A DNA stretch of 64,000 bases, taken from contig OZ024740.1 in NCBI GenBank assembly GCA_964016885.1, forward strand, positions 112,034,001-112,098,000, written 5' to 3'. How positions within the stretch are numbered: the first letter of the stretch is position 1; every line of letters starts with the position of its first letter. The stretch comes from Eledone cirrhosa (taxonomy: Eukaryota). The notes beneath the pieces were generated by a model that saw only the letters and a list, made by a program, of their open reading frames with translations, had not been told where the DNA came from and did not search any database. A program made the translations under genes and the position numbers. Below, one piece after another: positions 1 to 15,211 of the stretch.

Positions 1-3000
1 CATTACTACTACCACCAACACAGCCACCATCATCATTATCATAACTACTACTACCAACACAACCACCGCTATCATTATCATAACTACTACCACCAACACA
101 CCCACCAGCCTCATTATCATAACTACTACCACCAACACACCCACCACCATCATTATCATAACTACTACCACCAACACAGCCACCACCATCATTATCATAA
201 CCACTACCACCAACACAGCCACCACCATCATTATCATAACTACTACCACCAACACATCCACCACACTCATTATCATAACTACTACCACCAACACAACCAC
301 CACCATCATTATCATAACTACTACCACCAACACAGCCACCAACCTCATTATCATAACTACTACCACCAACACACCCACCACCATCATTATCATAACTACT
401 ACCACCAACACACCCACCACCATCATTATCATAACTACTACCACCAACACAACCACCACCATCATTATCATAACTACTACCACCAACACACCCACCAGCC
501 TCATTATCATAACTACTACCACCAACACACCCACCACCATAATTATCATAACTACTACCACCAACACAACCACCACCCTCATTATCATAACTACTACCAC
601 CAACACAACCACCACCATCATTATCATAACTACTACCACTAACACACCCACCAGCCTCATTATCATAACTACTACCACCAACACACCCACCACCATCATT
701 ATCATAACTACTACCACCAACACAACCACCACCATCATTATCATAACTACTACCACCAACACAGCCACCACCCTCATTATCATAACTACTACCACCAACA
801 CAACCACCACCATCATTATCATAACTACTACCACCAACACAGCCACCATCATCATTATCATAACTACTACCACCAACACAGCCACCACCCTCATTATCAT
901 AACTACTACCACCAACACAACCACCACCATCATTATCATAACTACTACCACCAACACAGCCACCACCCTCATTATCATAACTACTACCACCAACACAACC
1001 ACCACCATCATTATCATAACTACTACCACCAACACAGCCACCACCCTCATTATCATAACTACTACCACCAACACAACCACCACCATCATTATCATAACTA
1101 CTACCACCAACACACCCACCAGCCTCATTATCATAACTACTACCACCAACACAGCCACCATCATCATTATCATAACTACTACCACCAACACACCCACCAC
1201 CATCATTATCATAACTACTACCACCAACACAACCACCACCCTCATTATCATAACTACTACCACCAACACAGCCACCATCATCATTATCATAACTACTACC
1301 ACCAACACACCCACCACCATCATTATCATAACTACTACCACCAACACAACCACCACCATCATTATCATAACTACTACCACCAACACAGCCACCAACCTCA
1401 TTATCATAACTACTACCACCAACACAACCACCACCCTCATTATCATAACTACTACCACCAACACAGCCACCATCATCATTATCATAACTACTACCACCAA
1501 CACACCCACCACCATCATTATCATAACTACTACCACCAACACAACCACCACCCTCATTATCATAACTACTACCACCAACACAGCCACCATCATCATTATC
1601 ATAACTACTACCACCAACACACCCACCACCATCATTATCATAACTACTACCACCAACACAACCACCACCCTCATTATCATAACTACTACCACCAACACAG
1701 CCACCACCCTCATTATCATTACTACTACCACCAACACAGCCACCACCCTCATTATCATAACTACTACCACCAACACAGCCACCATCATCATTATCATAAC
1801 TACTACTACCAACACAACCACCTCCATCATTATCATAACTACTACCACCAACACACCCACCACCCTCATTATCATTACTACTACCACCAACACAGCCACC
1901 ATCATCATTATCATAACTACTACTACCAACACAACCACCGCTATCATTATCATAACTACTACCACCAACACACCCACCAGCCTCATTATCATAACTACTA
2001 CCACCAACACACCCACCACCATCATTATCATAACTACTACCACCAACACAGCCACCACCATCATTATCATAACCACTACCACCAACACAGCCACCACCAT
2101 CATTATCATAACTACTACCACCAACACATCCACCACACTCATTATCATAACTACTACCACCAACACAACCACCACCATCATTATCATAACTACTACCACC
2201 AACACAGCCACCAACCTCATTATCATAACTACTACCACCAACACACCCACCACCATCATTATCATAACTACTACCACCAACACACCCACCACCATAATTA
2301 TCATAACTACTACCACCAACACAACCACCACCCTCATTATCATAACTACTACCACCAACACAACCACCACCATCATTATCATAACTACTACCACCAACAC
2401 ACCCACCAGCCTCATTATCATAACTACTACCACCAACACACCCACCACCATCATTATCATAACTACTACCACCAACACAACCACCACCATCATTATCATA
2501 ACTACTACCACCAACACAGCCACCACCCTCATTATCATAACTACTACCACCAACACAACCACCACCATCATTATCATAACTACTACCACCAACACAGCCA
2601 CCATCATCATTATCATAACTACTACCACCAACACAGCCACCACCCTCATTATCATAACTACTACCACCAACACAACCACCACCATCATTATCATAACTAC
2701 TACCACCAACACAGCCACCACCCTCATTATCATAACTACTACCACCAACACAACCACCACCATCATTATCATAACTACTACCACCAACACAGCCACCACC
2801 CTCATTATCATAACTACTACCACCAACACAACCACCACCATCATTATCATAACTACTACCACCAACACAGCCACCACCCTCATTATCATAACTACTACCA
2901 CCAACACAACCACCACCATCATTATCATAACTACTACCACCAACACACCCACCAGCCTCATTATCATAACTACTACCACCAACACACCCACCACCATCAT

Positions 3001-5815
3001 TATCATAACTACTACCACCAACACAGCCACCACCCTCATTATCATAACTACTACCACCAACACAACCACCACCATCATTATCATAACTACTACCACCAAC
3101 ACAGCCACCACCCTCATTATCATAACTACTACCACCAACACAACCACCACCATCATTATCATAACTACTACCACCAACACAGCCACCACCCTCATTATCA
3201 TAACTACTACCACCAACACAACCACCACCATCATTATCATAACTACTACCACCAACACACCCACCAGCCTCATTATCATAACTACTACCACCAACACACC
3301 CACCACCATCATTATCATAACTACTACCACCAACACACCCACCAGCCTCATTATCATAACTACTACCACCAACACAACCACCACCATCATTATCATAACT
3401 ACTACCACCAACACACCCAGCAGCCTCATTATCATAACTACTACCACCAACACAACCACCACCATCATTATCATAACTACTACCACCAACACACCCACCA
3501 GCCTCATTATCATAACTACTACCGCCAACACAGCCACCACCATCATTATCATAACTACTACCACCAACACAACCACCACCCTCATTATCATAACTACTAC
3601 CACCAACACAACCACCACCATCATTATCATAACTACTACCACCAACACAACCACCACCCTCATTATCATAACTACTACCACCAACACAACCACCACCATC
3701 ATTATCATAACTACTACCACCAACACAACCACCACCCTCATTATCATAACTACTACCACCAACACAACCACCACCCTCATTATCATAACTACTACCGCCA
3801 ACACAGCCACCACCATCATTATCATAACTACTACCACCAACACAACCACCACCCTCATTATCATAACTACTACCACCAACACAGCCACCACCATCATTAT
3901 CATAACTACTACCACCAACACACCCACCAGCCTCATTATCATAACTACTACCACCAACACAACCACCACCATCATATCATAACTACTACCACCAACACAG
4001 CCACCACCCTCATTATCATAACTACTACCGCCAACACAGCCACCACCCTCATTATCATAACTACTACCACCAACACAACCACCACCCTCATTATCATAAC
4101 TACTACCACCAACACAACCACCACCATCATTATCATAACTACTACCACCAACACAACCACCACCCTCATTATCATAACTACTACCACCAACACAGCCACC
4201 ACCATCATTATCATAACTACTACCACCAACACACCCACCAGCCTCATTATCATAACTACTACCACCAACACAACCACCACCATCATATCATAACTACTAC
4301 CACCAACACAGCCACCACCCTCATTATCATAACTACTACCGCCAACACAGCCACCACCCTCATTATCATAACTACTACCACCAACACAACCACCACCCTC
4401 ATTATCATAACTACTACCACCAACACAACCACCACCATCATTATCATAACTACTACCACCAACACAACCACCACCATCATTATCATAACTACTACCACCA
4501 ACACAGCCACCATCATCATTATCATAACTACTACCACCAACACAACCACCACCCTCATTATCATAACTACTACCACCAACACAACCACCACCATCATTAT
4601 CATAACTACTACCACCAACACACCCACCACCATCATTATCATAACTACTACCACCAACACACCCACCACCATCATTATCATAACTACTACCACCAACACA
4701 CCCACCACCATCATTATCATAACTACTACCACCAACACACCCACCACCATCATTATCATAACTACTACCACCAACACACCCACCACCATCATTATCATAA
4801 CTACTACCACCAACACACCCACCAGCCTCATTATCATAACTACTACCACCAACACACCCACCACCATCATTATCATAACTACTACCACCAACACACCCAC
4901 CACCATCATTATCATAACTACTACCACCAACACACCCACCAGCCTCATTATCATAACTACTACCACCAACACACCCACCACCATCATTATCATAACTACT
5001 ACCACCAACACACCCACCACCATCATTATCATAACTACTACCACCAACACACCCACCACCATCATTATCATAACTACTACCACCAACACACCCACCACCA
5101 TCATTATCATAACTACTACCACCAACACACCCACCACCATCATTATCATAACTACTACCACCAACACACCCACCAGCCTCATTATCATAACTACTACCAC
5201 CAACACACCCACCACCATCATTATCATAACTACTACCACCAACACACCCACCACCATCATTATCATAACTACTACCACCAACACAGCCACCAACCTCATT
5301 ATCATAACTACTACCACCAACACACCCACCACCATCATTATCATAACTACTACCACCAACACACCCACCACCATCATTATCATAACTACTACCACCAACA
5401 CACCCACCACCATCATTATCATAACTACTACCACCAACACACCCACCAGCCTCATTATCATAACTACTACCACCAACACACCCACCACCATCATTATCAT
5501 AACTACTACCACCAACACACCCACCACCATCATTATCATAACTACTACCACCAACACAACCACCACCATCATATCATAACTACTACCACCAACACAACCA
5601 CCACCATCATTATCATAACTACTACCACCAACACAACCACCACCATCATATCATAACTACTACCACCAACACAACCACCACCATCATTATCATAACTACT
5701 ACCACCAACACACCCACCAGCCTCATTATCATTACTACTACCACCAACACACCCACCAGCCTCATTATCATAACTACTACCACCAACACAGCCACCATCA
5801 TCATTATCATTACTA
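1..5815. repeat. 39-bp minisatellite array, runs off the left edge
   Basis: Unit CATTATCATAACTACTACCACCAACACA(G/A/C)CCACCACCAT repeated about 149 times. Units with a 1-bp deletion occur near 3972, 4283, 5571 and 5646. Confidence 0.97.
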
Positions 5816-6117
5816 CACTAATCACCACCATCACTATCATTACTAGCATCTCCACCATCCCCACTGCTATATCTTCCCCCACACACAACAATACGAAGAC
5901 CAGATATGTCGCCCCACCCTACAACCACCTGCAACGATGCCACCACTACCGCCACCTCTATTACCATCACTGCTAATAATGAAAACTCTATCATTGGCAT
6001 TCATAAATTTGGACAAAACGTCTTGCCGTGTCAAATCACTCCACCCCCGATCTCTCACTCTTTCTCTCTCTCACGCACTCTCTCTCTCTCACTTTCTCTC
6101 TTTTACTCTTTCTCTCC

Positions 6118-6174
<57 letters not shown>

Positions 6175-6286
6175 TCTCACTCTTGTTCTTTGTCTCTCTA
6201 TCTCTGCATATATATATATGTGTGTGTGTATATATATGTGTGTGTGTGTATATCTGTCTGTGTGTTTGTAAATATATGTGTATGTT

Positions 6287-6343
<57 letters not shown>

Positions 6344-6378
6344 ATATTTGTCTATATATATATCTATATGTGTGTGTG

Positions 6379-6419
<41 letters not shown>

Positions 6420-6462
6420 ATATTTGTCTATATATATATCTATATATCTATATGTGTGTGTG

Positions 6463-6502
<40 letters not shown>

Positions 6503-6883
6503 CATATACATATGTATGTATGTATGCATATATGTGTATGTGTATATATATATTTATTTATATGTGTGTATGTCTCATTCACTCGCTACCTATCTATTGC
6601 TTTCCATATCCCCATCCCAACCATTCTAGACTATCATCACCGCCACCAACCTCCACTATATTACGTCTCCCTTCTACACCCCCCCCCCCCCACTCCCACC
6701 CTCAGCTCCCAGCCACCCACCCTCATTCGGTGGCAGGGGAGTGCAGCAAAAGCTGATGTTAGGGGTGAGGGTTCTGCAATAGAGCGCCAGGTTTCCCGGG
6801 TAACAATTAACCACATTATTATCTGGCCTGATGGCATTGGAGAGGTTGTCGATGGCGAAACCTCAAACACACACACACACACG

Positions 6884-6958
<75 letters not shown>

Positions 6959-7357
6959 ACACTATCTATCTAAATCTCCCTCTATCAGTTGGAGGACTCC
7001 TTCTACTGTCCACATGGCACATTTCTTTATTATAAAGAAACGAGACACACTATCGGAAGTCGATACACCCATACACGTACATGCATTCAAGCACACACAC
7101 ATATACATACAGAGGCACATAAGCACGCGAATATATATACATATATACATATATACGCACACACATATACACGCACATACACTCACAGATACACAAATAC
7201 TGGTCATCCCTACACTACACACATATGCACATTTAAGAAAAGAAAGGTGAATGTTTTATTATCGATAATTATTCATGTTATATAAAGGGATGTGTCTGCA
7301 ATTTTATATTACATCATAGACACTATCTATTTATCTATCTATAGCATACATACATAC

Positions 7358-7452
<95 letters not shown>

Positions 7453-7712
7453 AATATATATATATATTCTTTACCTTGTATGGTTTCACTAATAGATGAA
7501 ATTACTGGAATCCGGTTTTCACATGTTTTTCATTGAGGTATATATATAGCTTTTTCATATCTTTAAATATATATATATTGATGCTTTGGGGTGTGACAGA
7601 TAATACTGGAGGCGATGTTATCAAGGCATTATATACATTGAAAAGTCTGTGATAATGATATCTAACTGGTATTTTGGTTTTACCAAAACTAGAAAATTCT
7701 TCGCAATAATAA

Positions 7713-7864
7713 TTGTTTCTACTTTTGGCACAAGGCCAGCAATTATCCAGTACATTACTGGTACTTTATTTTATCGACCCCGTAAGGATGAAAGGCAAAC
7801 GTAAAGGGACGTAACTGTGCTGGAAAGCATGGTGTCTGACCCTCTACTGATACTGCCAATCCAC
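7713..7864 (-). mobile_element. tRNA-derived SINE family A (MetaSINE-like core) with the B-box region deleted
   Basis: Matches the other family A copies. TSD TCGCAATAATAA at 7701-7712 and 7865-7876. Confidence 0.9.
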
Positions 7865-8595
7865 TCGCAATAATAACAGTGGCCTCTATGTTACAAGTTG
7901 ATTAAACCTCGTTATCTTCCTCTTCCTGGTTTTTTCAGGATCCTATGTGGATGAGGGATTCCCTATATAGACTAACTTCTCTTGAAGCAGTTCCTAGCTA
8001 GAGTCTCGTTATAGTGGGAAGCTACCCTACGTAATATGTCCGTATCGGAGAATAGATTGAATACTACTGAAGGATTTTTGGATTGCCTATGGATATGTTC
8101 CATCTTATAGGTTGACATCCAAGAAGAGTAATGCTTAAAGGACATAAGCTCTAGCATAGTGACTCGAAAATTAGCTATGGTTAAGTTAATAGAAACTGTA
8201 ATAGTATGACTATCAGGACTTTCTTAAATTGAGTCATATAATGTTCGTTCATGTTGAAAATGACTTTCGAATCCTCATATCTGTATATACCAAGTCCCTT
8301 TCTTGAGGGGGCCAATAATAACCTCCAATATCCCCCAGCTCTGCACCGTCGTAGCTCTCTGAATAGATTCCCCAAAATGGGCCTCCCTATTCTGGAACCA
8401 GTAGAAATGGCTGTCATATAACAATAGCGAACTTTATTATTCTGATATCGAGGTCACTGATAATTGCAAATGGCTTCCCAAAGTCCGGAGAATTCGGATA
8501 CAGAGCCTTTCATATGTAAATAGATAGATAATAAATACACATTATGAAACTTTATTGGTAAGTTTCTTTCCAATGTCACAGAACTCTACATATAT

Positions 8596-8670
<75 letters not shown>

Positions 8671-8794
8671 GCAAGATTCTTGATGTGAAATAGTATTTTA
8701 AAACAGACATTGATATATTTGGGGATGGCATGTTGCCAACACCTGGCCATCGCAAAATATAACATGTATGTGTGCGTATCTATTATGTGCATAC

Positions 8795-8893
<99 letters not shown>

Positions 8894-8900
8894 TGTGGGG

Positions 8901-9068
8901 AAAAGAGAACAGAAAACTGGGAAGACACAGTCACAAGGACGATTCCCGCTCATCAGCTGTCTTCTGTGGATCATTAAAGCCTTCGAAACTATAATGATCA
9001 ACAGAAGACAGCCGAGGAGCGGAAATCGTCCTTGTGTTTGTGACTTCCCAGTTTTCTGTTTCCTTTTT
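8901..9068. repeat. Imperfect fold-back (about 75-bp arms), Penelope-like footprint
   Basis: AACAGAAAACTGGGAAG...CTCATCAGCTGTCTTCTGTGGATCATTA mirrored by TAATGATCAACAGAAGACAGC...CTTCCCAGTTTTCTGTT. Confidence 0.75.
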
Positions 9069-9128
9069 TTTCATACGTTTTTTTTTTCATATATCCTAGT
9101 AGCCGCACAACCTTATTTTGAAATCATT

Positions 9129-9200
<72 letters not shown>

Positions 9201-9456
9201 GTCTGTGTGTGTCTGTGTGTGTGGATAGACAGATAGATATCAATCTCAAAATGGCTGACTAAATACGTACACCTGCTTTTTCTCCCACCTTCCCCCTCAC
9301 CCCTCATTTTCCCCGTTCCTCCTCTTCTCGCTCTTTTCTATTTATATATTTTCTATTTCAAGCGTTAAACTAATATATTTCTTCAATGTACTGTCGTTTG
9401 CCTTGATATTTCTGTTTACCTTTTCTTTACCTACGCACACACACACACACATATGA

Positions 9457-9556
<100 letters not shown>

Positions 9557-10117
9557 AGTGGAAGCTTAGTAAAATCGAAGCTTTGGCTGTGGCCAAGCAA
9601 AGTCGACCTACAATAAGGAATGAGTAGCAAAGCACTCAATAAGGGTAGGTCCTTAGAGTAATAACATTACGTTTAAAAGCTTGACAAATTGAAAATTGCG
9701 GTAGGCAAAACCCAACCATACAATACCAAAAACAACGAGAGAACTAATCAGGTAAATATATATATATATTCATTTGACTCAGTTTTATTCAAAACTCCGT
9801 TATACATGTAGCCTGAGCTCTTCAGACGGCAAAACTTAAAATAAACATTGAAAGTTCCTAAGAAACCTCTAAAAGTGGAAAAATCCAATAATTACCCCGA
9901 AAAAGATTTTCTTTTCATGATACAGGGGCCGTCCGAACGCGTGTTGTTGTTTCTTCGACGTTACCTTTTGTTGATGGATGTTGTACTCAATACATATATT
10001 AATAAATATAGTGCATATATTATAGTGTATATTTAAACTGAATTCATTATTGGTGTCAGGATTTCCATGTGATAGTGGTGGTGTAGTCAGGTGTATAAAG
10101 ACTTCTTCTCCCATTTA

Positions 10118-10342
10118 TTCCTGAGAGGGTCGTGGGTGCAGAGTCCTCAAACACTCCTCCCAGCGGGTCCTGTCAGAAGCAACCATCTCCAACTGATCCA
10201 GTTGGATCCTCAAGCAAGACCAGCCAAGCTCATGGATGTTATCCAACCATCTTGCTCAGAGTCTACCCCTGGGTCTCCTGCTTGCTGGTTTTGCTCGTAA
10301 AATCTGTCCACCGATTCATTCCTGGGACATTCTAACCACGTC
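10118..10342 (-). mobile_element. RTE-like LINE 3' fragment
   Basis: Minus strand gives a decayed VVRMSQE..GQILRAKPASRRPRGR..RWLDNI..DRTRW. Homologous to 19460-19765 and 31431-31625. Confidence 0.75.
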
Positions 10343-10469
10343 TGAATCAAATCAGAAAGGTTGTATAGAGAGGGGGGAGGAGAAGGAGAGGTATGGGGAG
10401 GAGAAGGAGAATGATGAAGACAGAAATGTGAACAGGCGTTGGTGACGGCCTGAAAGACAGTAAAATAAT

Positions 10470-10626
10470 TGTTTCTACTTTTGGCACAAGGCCAGCAAAT
10501 AACCCAGTGTATTACTGGTACTTTATTTTATCGACCCCGTAAGGATGAAAGGCAAAGTTAACCTCGGCGGGATTTGAACTCAGAATGGCAAGGGCCGTAA
10601 CTCTATGCGTCAAAGCATGGCGTCCG
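10470..10626 (-). mobile_element. SINE family A, 5'-truncated
   Basis: B-box GAGTTCAAATCCC on the minus strand. 15-bp TSD AGACAGTAAAATAAT at 10455-10469 and 10627-10641. Confidence 0.92.
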
Positions 10627-10753
10627 AGACAGTAAAATAATATGAGGGGATGAAAGAGACGTAGCAAGAAAATAAAGGTGTTAAACTGGCAGTGGGATGG
10701 GGGGAAATGATAGGAAAAGATGTAGGGGCAGAACAAAAGGGGTGAAGTAAAGG

Positions 10754-10785
<32 letters not shown>

Positions 10786-11174
10786 AGATAGGTGTGTGAA
10801 CTGTGAAAGAGATAGAGTAGAGGAAGAGATAAGTGAGCAGGGGAGTCGGGTGGGTAAGATGATGCGAAGAGGTGAGGATGACAAAAATAAAAATATCGGC
10901 CACCTCCTCCATCTTCACCTCAATCTACCAAAACATATTCACAGATAAAATACTGTCACACATATCATAGATATGGCACACACACACACACACACACACA
11001 TAAAAATATACAGATGCACATAAATATGCACTCAGACACACACAAACATAAACACATAGACACACATGCATACATGTGTTCATAGAAAGGCACATACACA
11101 CGTGTATATAATCAGCCGTGATTACACATATACAAACACACAGACACACAATCATGCATACACATGAATCTAAA

Positions 11175-11280
11175 CACGGCATCGCGCATGCGTGTTAGCT
11201 GCCTTGTCCGAGTTCAGCCCGTAGCGAACTGAAGTGAACTACAGTGGCAGTGGGCAGCGGTGGTGAGAGTAGTACCAGTA
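11175..11280 (+). promoter_or_regulatory. Candidate promoter/TSS region
   Basis: CpG-containing unique island with an NRF1-like GCGCATGCG near 11184. It is followed by about 800 bp of unique, UTR-like sequence leading to a candidate first exon. Confidence 0.35.
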
Positions 11281-12058
11281 TATATATGTTTGTATAAATA
11301 TATATATGTTGAGAAATGGAGAGAAAGAAGATAAGTGAGATAAAGAGAGAGTGTGTTAAGCTAGAAGCAACACAGAACAAAATACAGCAAAACGACACGG
11401 GACTAACACACCAAACTCGCCTTTTCCAATAACGTGTGCAACATATTTTATTTTACCTGGCTACATTTTTTGTTTTATTTTTGTCTTCTTTGTCTTCCTT
11501 TTTACTTAGGGGGTAATCCCCCAACTCCACGCCTCATGTCACTTGTTGTAAACATTATTATTATTATTAATATCGACGACACTGCCTTTTAAAGCCACCC
11601 AGGAGTAAATAAAAAAAAAGTTACAAACAAACAAACAAGCACGTTACAGTGAAATTCGAATGTTGGGAGGATCGATATATAAACAATATATACACAGTAT
11701 ATAATTATTGGTTATTACTCTAAACCCCACACCACTTCCTTACAGCAACAACACAACAACAACATTTAAGACCGTGCCATCTAAAACTGTGTATGTATGT
11801 TTGATATTCGTGTTGTCTGTATGTCAACACTAATACACACACACACTTTCATTCACTTTAAGGTGTCCTTTGGTTCGTTATTAGTATTGGCCTTGTTTCT
11901 AAATCAGAAACCTTTATTATTATTATTATCTTAAACATCTTGTTGTATCTCCCTTTTCGGGGCAATACCCCCAACCCAACCACCACTACACGAACAACAT
12001 CAACAACAACAACAATTATAACAAGTGAAGACTTCTTACTGAAGTGAGACAGACACCA

Positions 12059-12145
12059 ATGGTATATACAGGCTTACCTTTGTGTCTGATGGGTGTTACC
12101 AACCTACACACACCGTGTTCCGCTCCTACATGTGAATTCCAGCAT
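12059..12145 (+). CDS. Candidate first coding exon (MVYTGLPLCLMGVTNLHTPCSAPTCEFQH), product unknown
   Basis: ATG at 12059, 29 non-repetitive codons, then a consensus donor GTGAGT at 12146-12151 (phase 0). No homology recognised. Confidence 0.4.
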
Positions 12146-12410
12146 GTGAGTATTGTTTCACACACTCACACACACACACACACATACATACATACATACA
12201 CATATTTCCAAGTATTTATATATGTAAAAATATATATACATATATGTATACATACATGCATACATATATATATATGTATGTATGTATGCGTAAACATGAT
12301 TGCATATGTATATATGCATATATATATATATATATATATATGCATATGCATATACTTGCATTTACATACAAATCTATATGCATACATGCATATATACATA
12401 TGCAATCATG

Positions 12411-12477
<67 letters not shown>

Positions 12478-12626
12478 GCACCCATATCTACATATATAAA
12501 CTCAAGAGAAAAATCATCATCCGACTTATCTATCGGACCTACAGAACCTGAATTCAAAATACATGGTACATTGTAAATTATCTAAGATACATGTACGACT
12601 TATTACGAGTATATACAGTACATGTT

Positions 12627-12788
12627 CAGTGGAAACCGCTTATTGTGAATGGGGTGAAGAATAATAAAGCAATAACCGGCTGATAACATTAAGCAGAGGC
12701 TATAAAAATATATTTAAGCGTGTTTGGGACCTTACTAATATTGATAACTGTAACAGTTTGATACGTTATGTGATCACAATAAGCGGCT

Positions 12789-12795
<7 letters not shown>
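12627..12795. mobile_element. Tigger/pogo-like MITE
   Basis: TIRs CAGTGGAAACCGCTTATTGTGA and TCACAATAAGCGGCTTCCAATA. Confidence 0.7.
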
Positions 12796-12853
<58 letters not shown>

Positions 12854-12871
12854 GTGTGTGTGTGTGTATGT

Positions 12872-12916
<45 letters not shown>

Positions 12917-12996
12917 TACACACACACAGTGCATGTATTTTTATAGTTTTTGTTGTTGTTTTGATTTCTTTTATCATTGATGCTATCATTTCTGTA

Positions 12997-13039
<43 letters not shown>

Positions 13040-13299
13040 GCACACAGATATATACTTACTTAAGTATATACATTCCATTGCTTAAAATGAAAGTGTTTTC
13101 TTTCTTTTTGCCGCTGTAGTCACAGAACCACTACTTTCAGTGGATTTTTTTCTGTTCCAGTCTCTATCTATCTCATTGCATCTATATAATGTCCGATTTG
13201 TCGAAACTCTCATTTACCTCTTCCCAAGTGTGAAACTAATAAGACTTTGTGTTTTTGCCTATATATATTTATATATATATATATATACACACACACACG

Positions 13300-13398
13300 C
13301 AGGGTGTCCCAAAAAATGTATACACACGGGTTGTGCGTTCTAATAAATTTTGCCGGTATAGGTAATCTAATATGTATACACATTGGGGGGACACCCTG
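13300..13398. mobile_element. About 100-bp Tc1/mariner-type MITE
   Basis: TIRs CAGGGTGTCCC..AATGTATACA and TGTATACA..GGGACACCCTG, followed by TA. A homologue lies at 58328-58426. Confidence 0.8.
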
Positions 13399-13464
<66 letters not shown>

Positions 13465-13735
13465 CTTTTATAAGTTTGAGTCATTAGAGTGCGGCCATGC
13501 AGGTGTAATATATATCTATATACACCGTGAATGGGTGTCGGCTATACTTCTTAAAGTATACTGAATTACAGTATGTGTATAATGGTATATTAGAGGGATC
13601 ATGCGTGTATATGTATGTTTACATGCCGACATAAGTGGAATGAGTGTTTTCCGCTGGTATATATGTGTTTGTGTGCGTAGTGAGTGTGTGTGAGGGGCGG
13701 GGGGTAGTGAATATATATATGTATATATAAATACT

Positions 13736-13773
<38 letters not shown>

Positions 13774-13777
<4 letters not shown>

Positions 13778-13990
13778 CAGTCGATCGACATTCGTCAAAT
13801 CGGACCGAGGAAATAATGTTTCCGTTGGTCTTTCCAATTGCTAATACTCTCTATCGGTCGCAACTCGAGGTCGAAGGAGCAACGTGAAATAAAGTGTCTT
13901 GCTCAAGGACATAACTCATCGCCCGGTCCAGGAATCGAACTCACAACCTCACGATTGCGAATTCAATTCTCTAACCACTCAGCCACGCGC
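13774..13990 (-). mobile_element. tRNA-derived SINE family B
   Basis: Minus strand has A-box TGGCTGAGTGG, B-box GTTCGATTCC, then GTCCTTGAGCAAGACACTTTATTTCACG. Homologous to 16112-16316. Confidence 0.88.
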
Positions 13991-13994
13991 TATC

Positions 13995-14030
<36 letters not shown>

Positions 14031-14034
<4 letters not shown>

Positions 14035-14202
14035 GTTTCTACTTTTGGCACAAGGCCAGCAATTAACCAGTACATTATTGGTACTTTATTTTATCGACCC
14101 TGTAAGGATGAAAGGCAAAGTTAACCTCGGCGGGATTTGAACTCAGAATGACAAGGGCTGTAACTCTATGTGTCAAAGCATGGCGTCCGACCCTCTACCG
14201 AT
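14031..14202 (-). mobile_element. SINE family A abutting (TA)n
   Basis: Close match to the family A consensus, lacking the extreme 5' end. Confidence 0.92.
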
Positions 14203-14546
14203 ATATGTATGGGTGTGTAAAAAGGGGAATAATACGTTTTTTGACGTGTTAATAATACGAACTTGCACCGCGATATGTGATTTGTATATTAGTTCATTTA
14301 ATATAACATGAATTTGTCACCCCTACGTGGTTCAGTAAAAACAAGATACATGATGACACCTGTCTATGGAATTCATTTGGTCCAAGATCTTGTTACGCAT
14401 CGTCGAAACCGACGGAATACCCAACTCTTTGGTGTGTATATATATATATATATATATATACCAACTCATAATATTATAATATTATAAAATTAAATCAAAT
14501 TATTTAACACTACAAGTGAAGTCATTCTTTTCCTTTTTTTCAAATG

Positions 14547-14617
<71 letters not shown>

Positions 14618-14856
14618 CCCCTGCCCCCACGTAACACTTCCATCGTGGGAACTACTCGTAACCGGGGGCCTCCGAGTTGAGGCATATCGAGCACGGGCCT
14701 GTCGGATCTGGGTGCTTTCTTGACAACCGGAGACGTGTGTTGTGTTGAGGCAAATAACTATCTGTATACTCTGGTAATGTATCTTACATTGCCCATTGAG
14801 TGCGCTGAGATACAACCGGTACTGGCATTGATAAATATGCTGGGTCCGTCAACTCT

Positions 14857-14894
<38 letters not shown>

Positions 14895-15172
14895 AATCCC
14901 CTAGAAATGATTACCCATTATCTGACTGCTGTTGAAGTGTATATATATATTTTGGGGGGGACCCTATGTATAATATATATATATTTATATATGTGTGCGT
15001 GTGTTATGGTAAAGGCGGGAGTCTTGTTACTCTGGATTTCACCTGTGCACTCTCATGATCATCAGCCTTGTCTGATGATCATGTAAGTTCACAGGTGAGA
15101 GTAAACCGACTTGTCACTTAGCCATAATAAAGAATATTTAAACTCTTCTTTGGAAATGAGTACCGTACTCAT

Positions 15173-15211
<39 letters not shown>

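Noticed and set aside
3972-5891. Long Val/Met-rich minus-strand ORFs
   Set aside because: They are translations of the 39-bp minisatellite.
7880-8585. Unique-looking stretch with short minus-strand ORFs (possible TE or exon)
   Set aside because: No recognisable motif and multiple stops. It cannot be assigned without a search.
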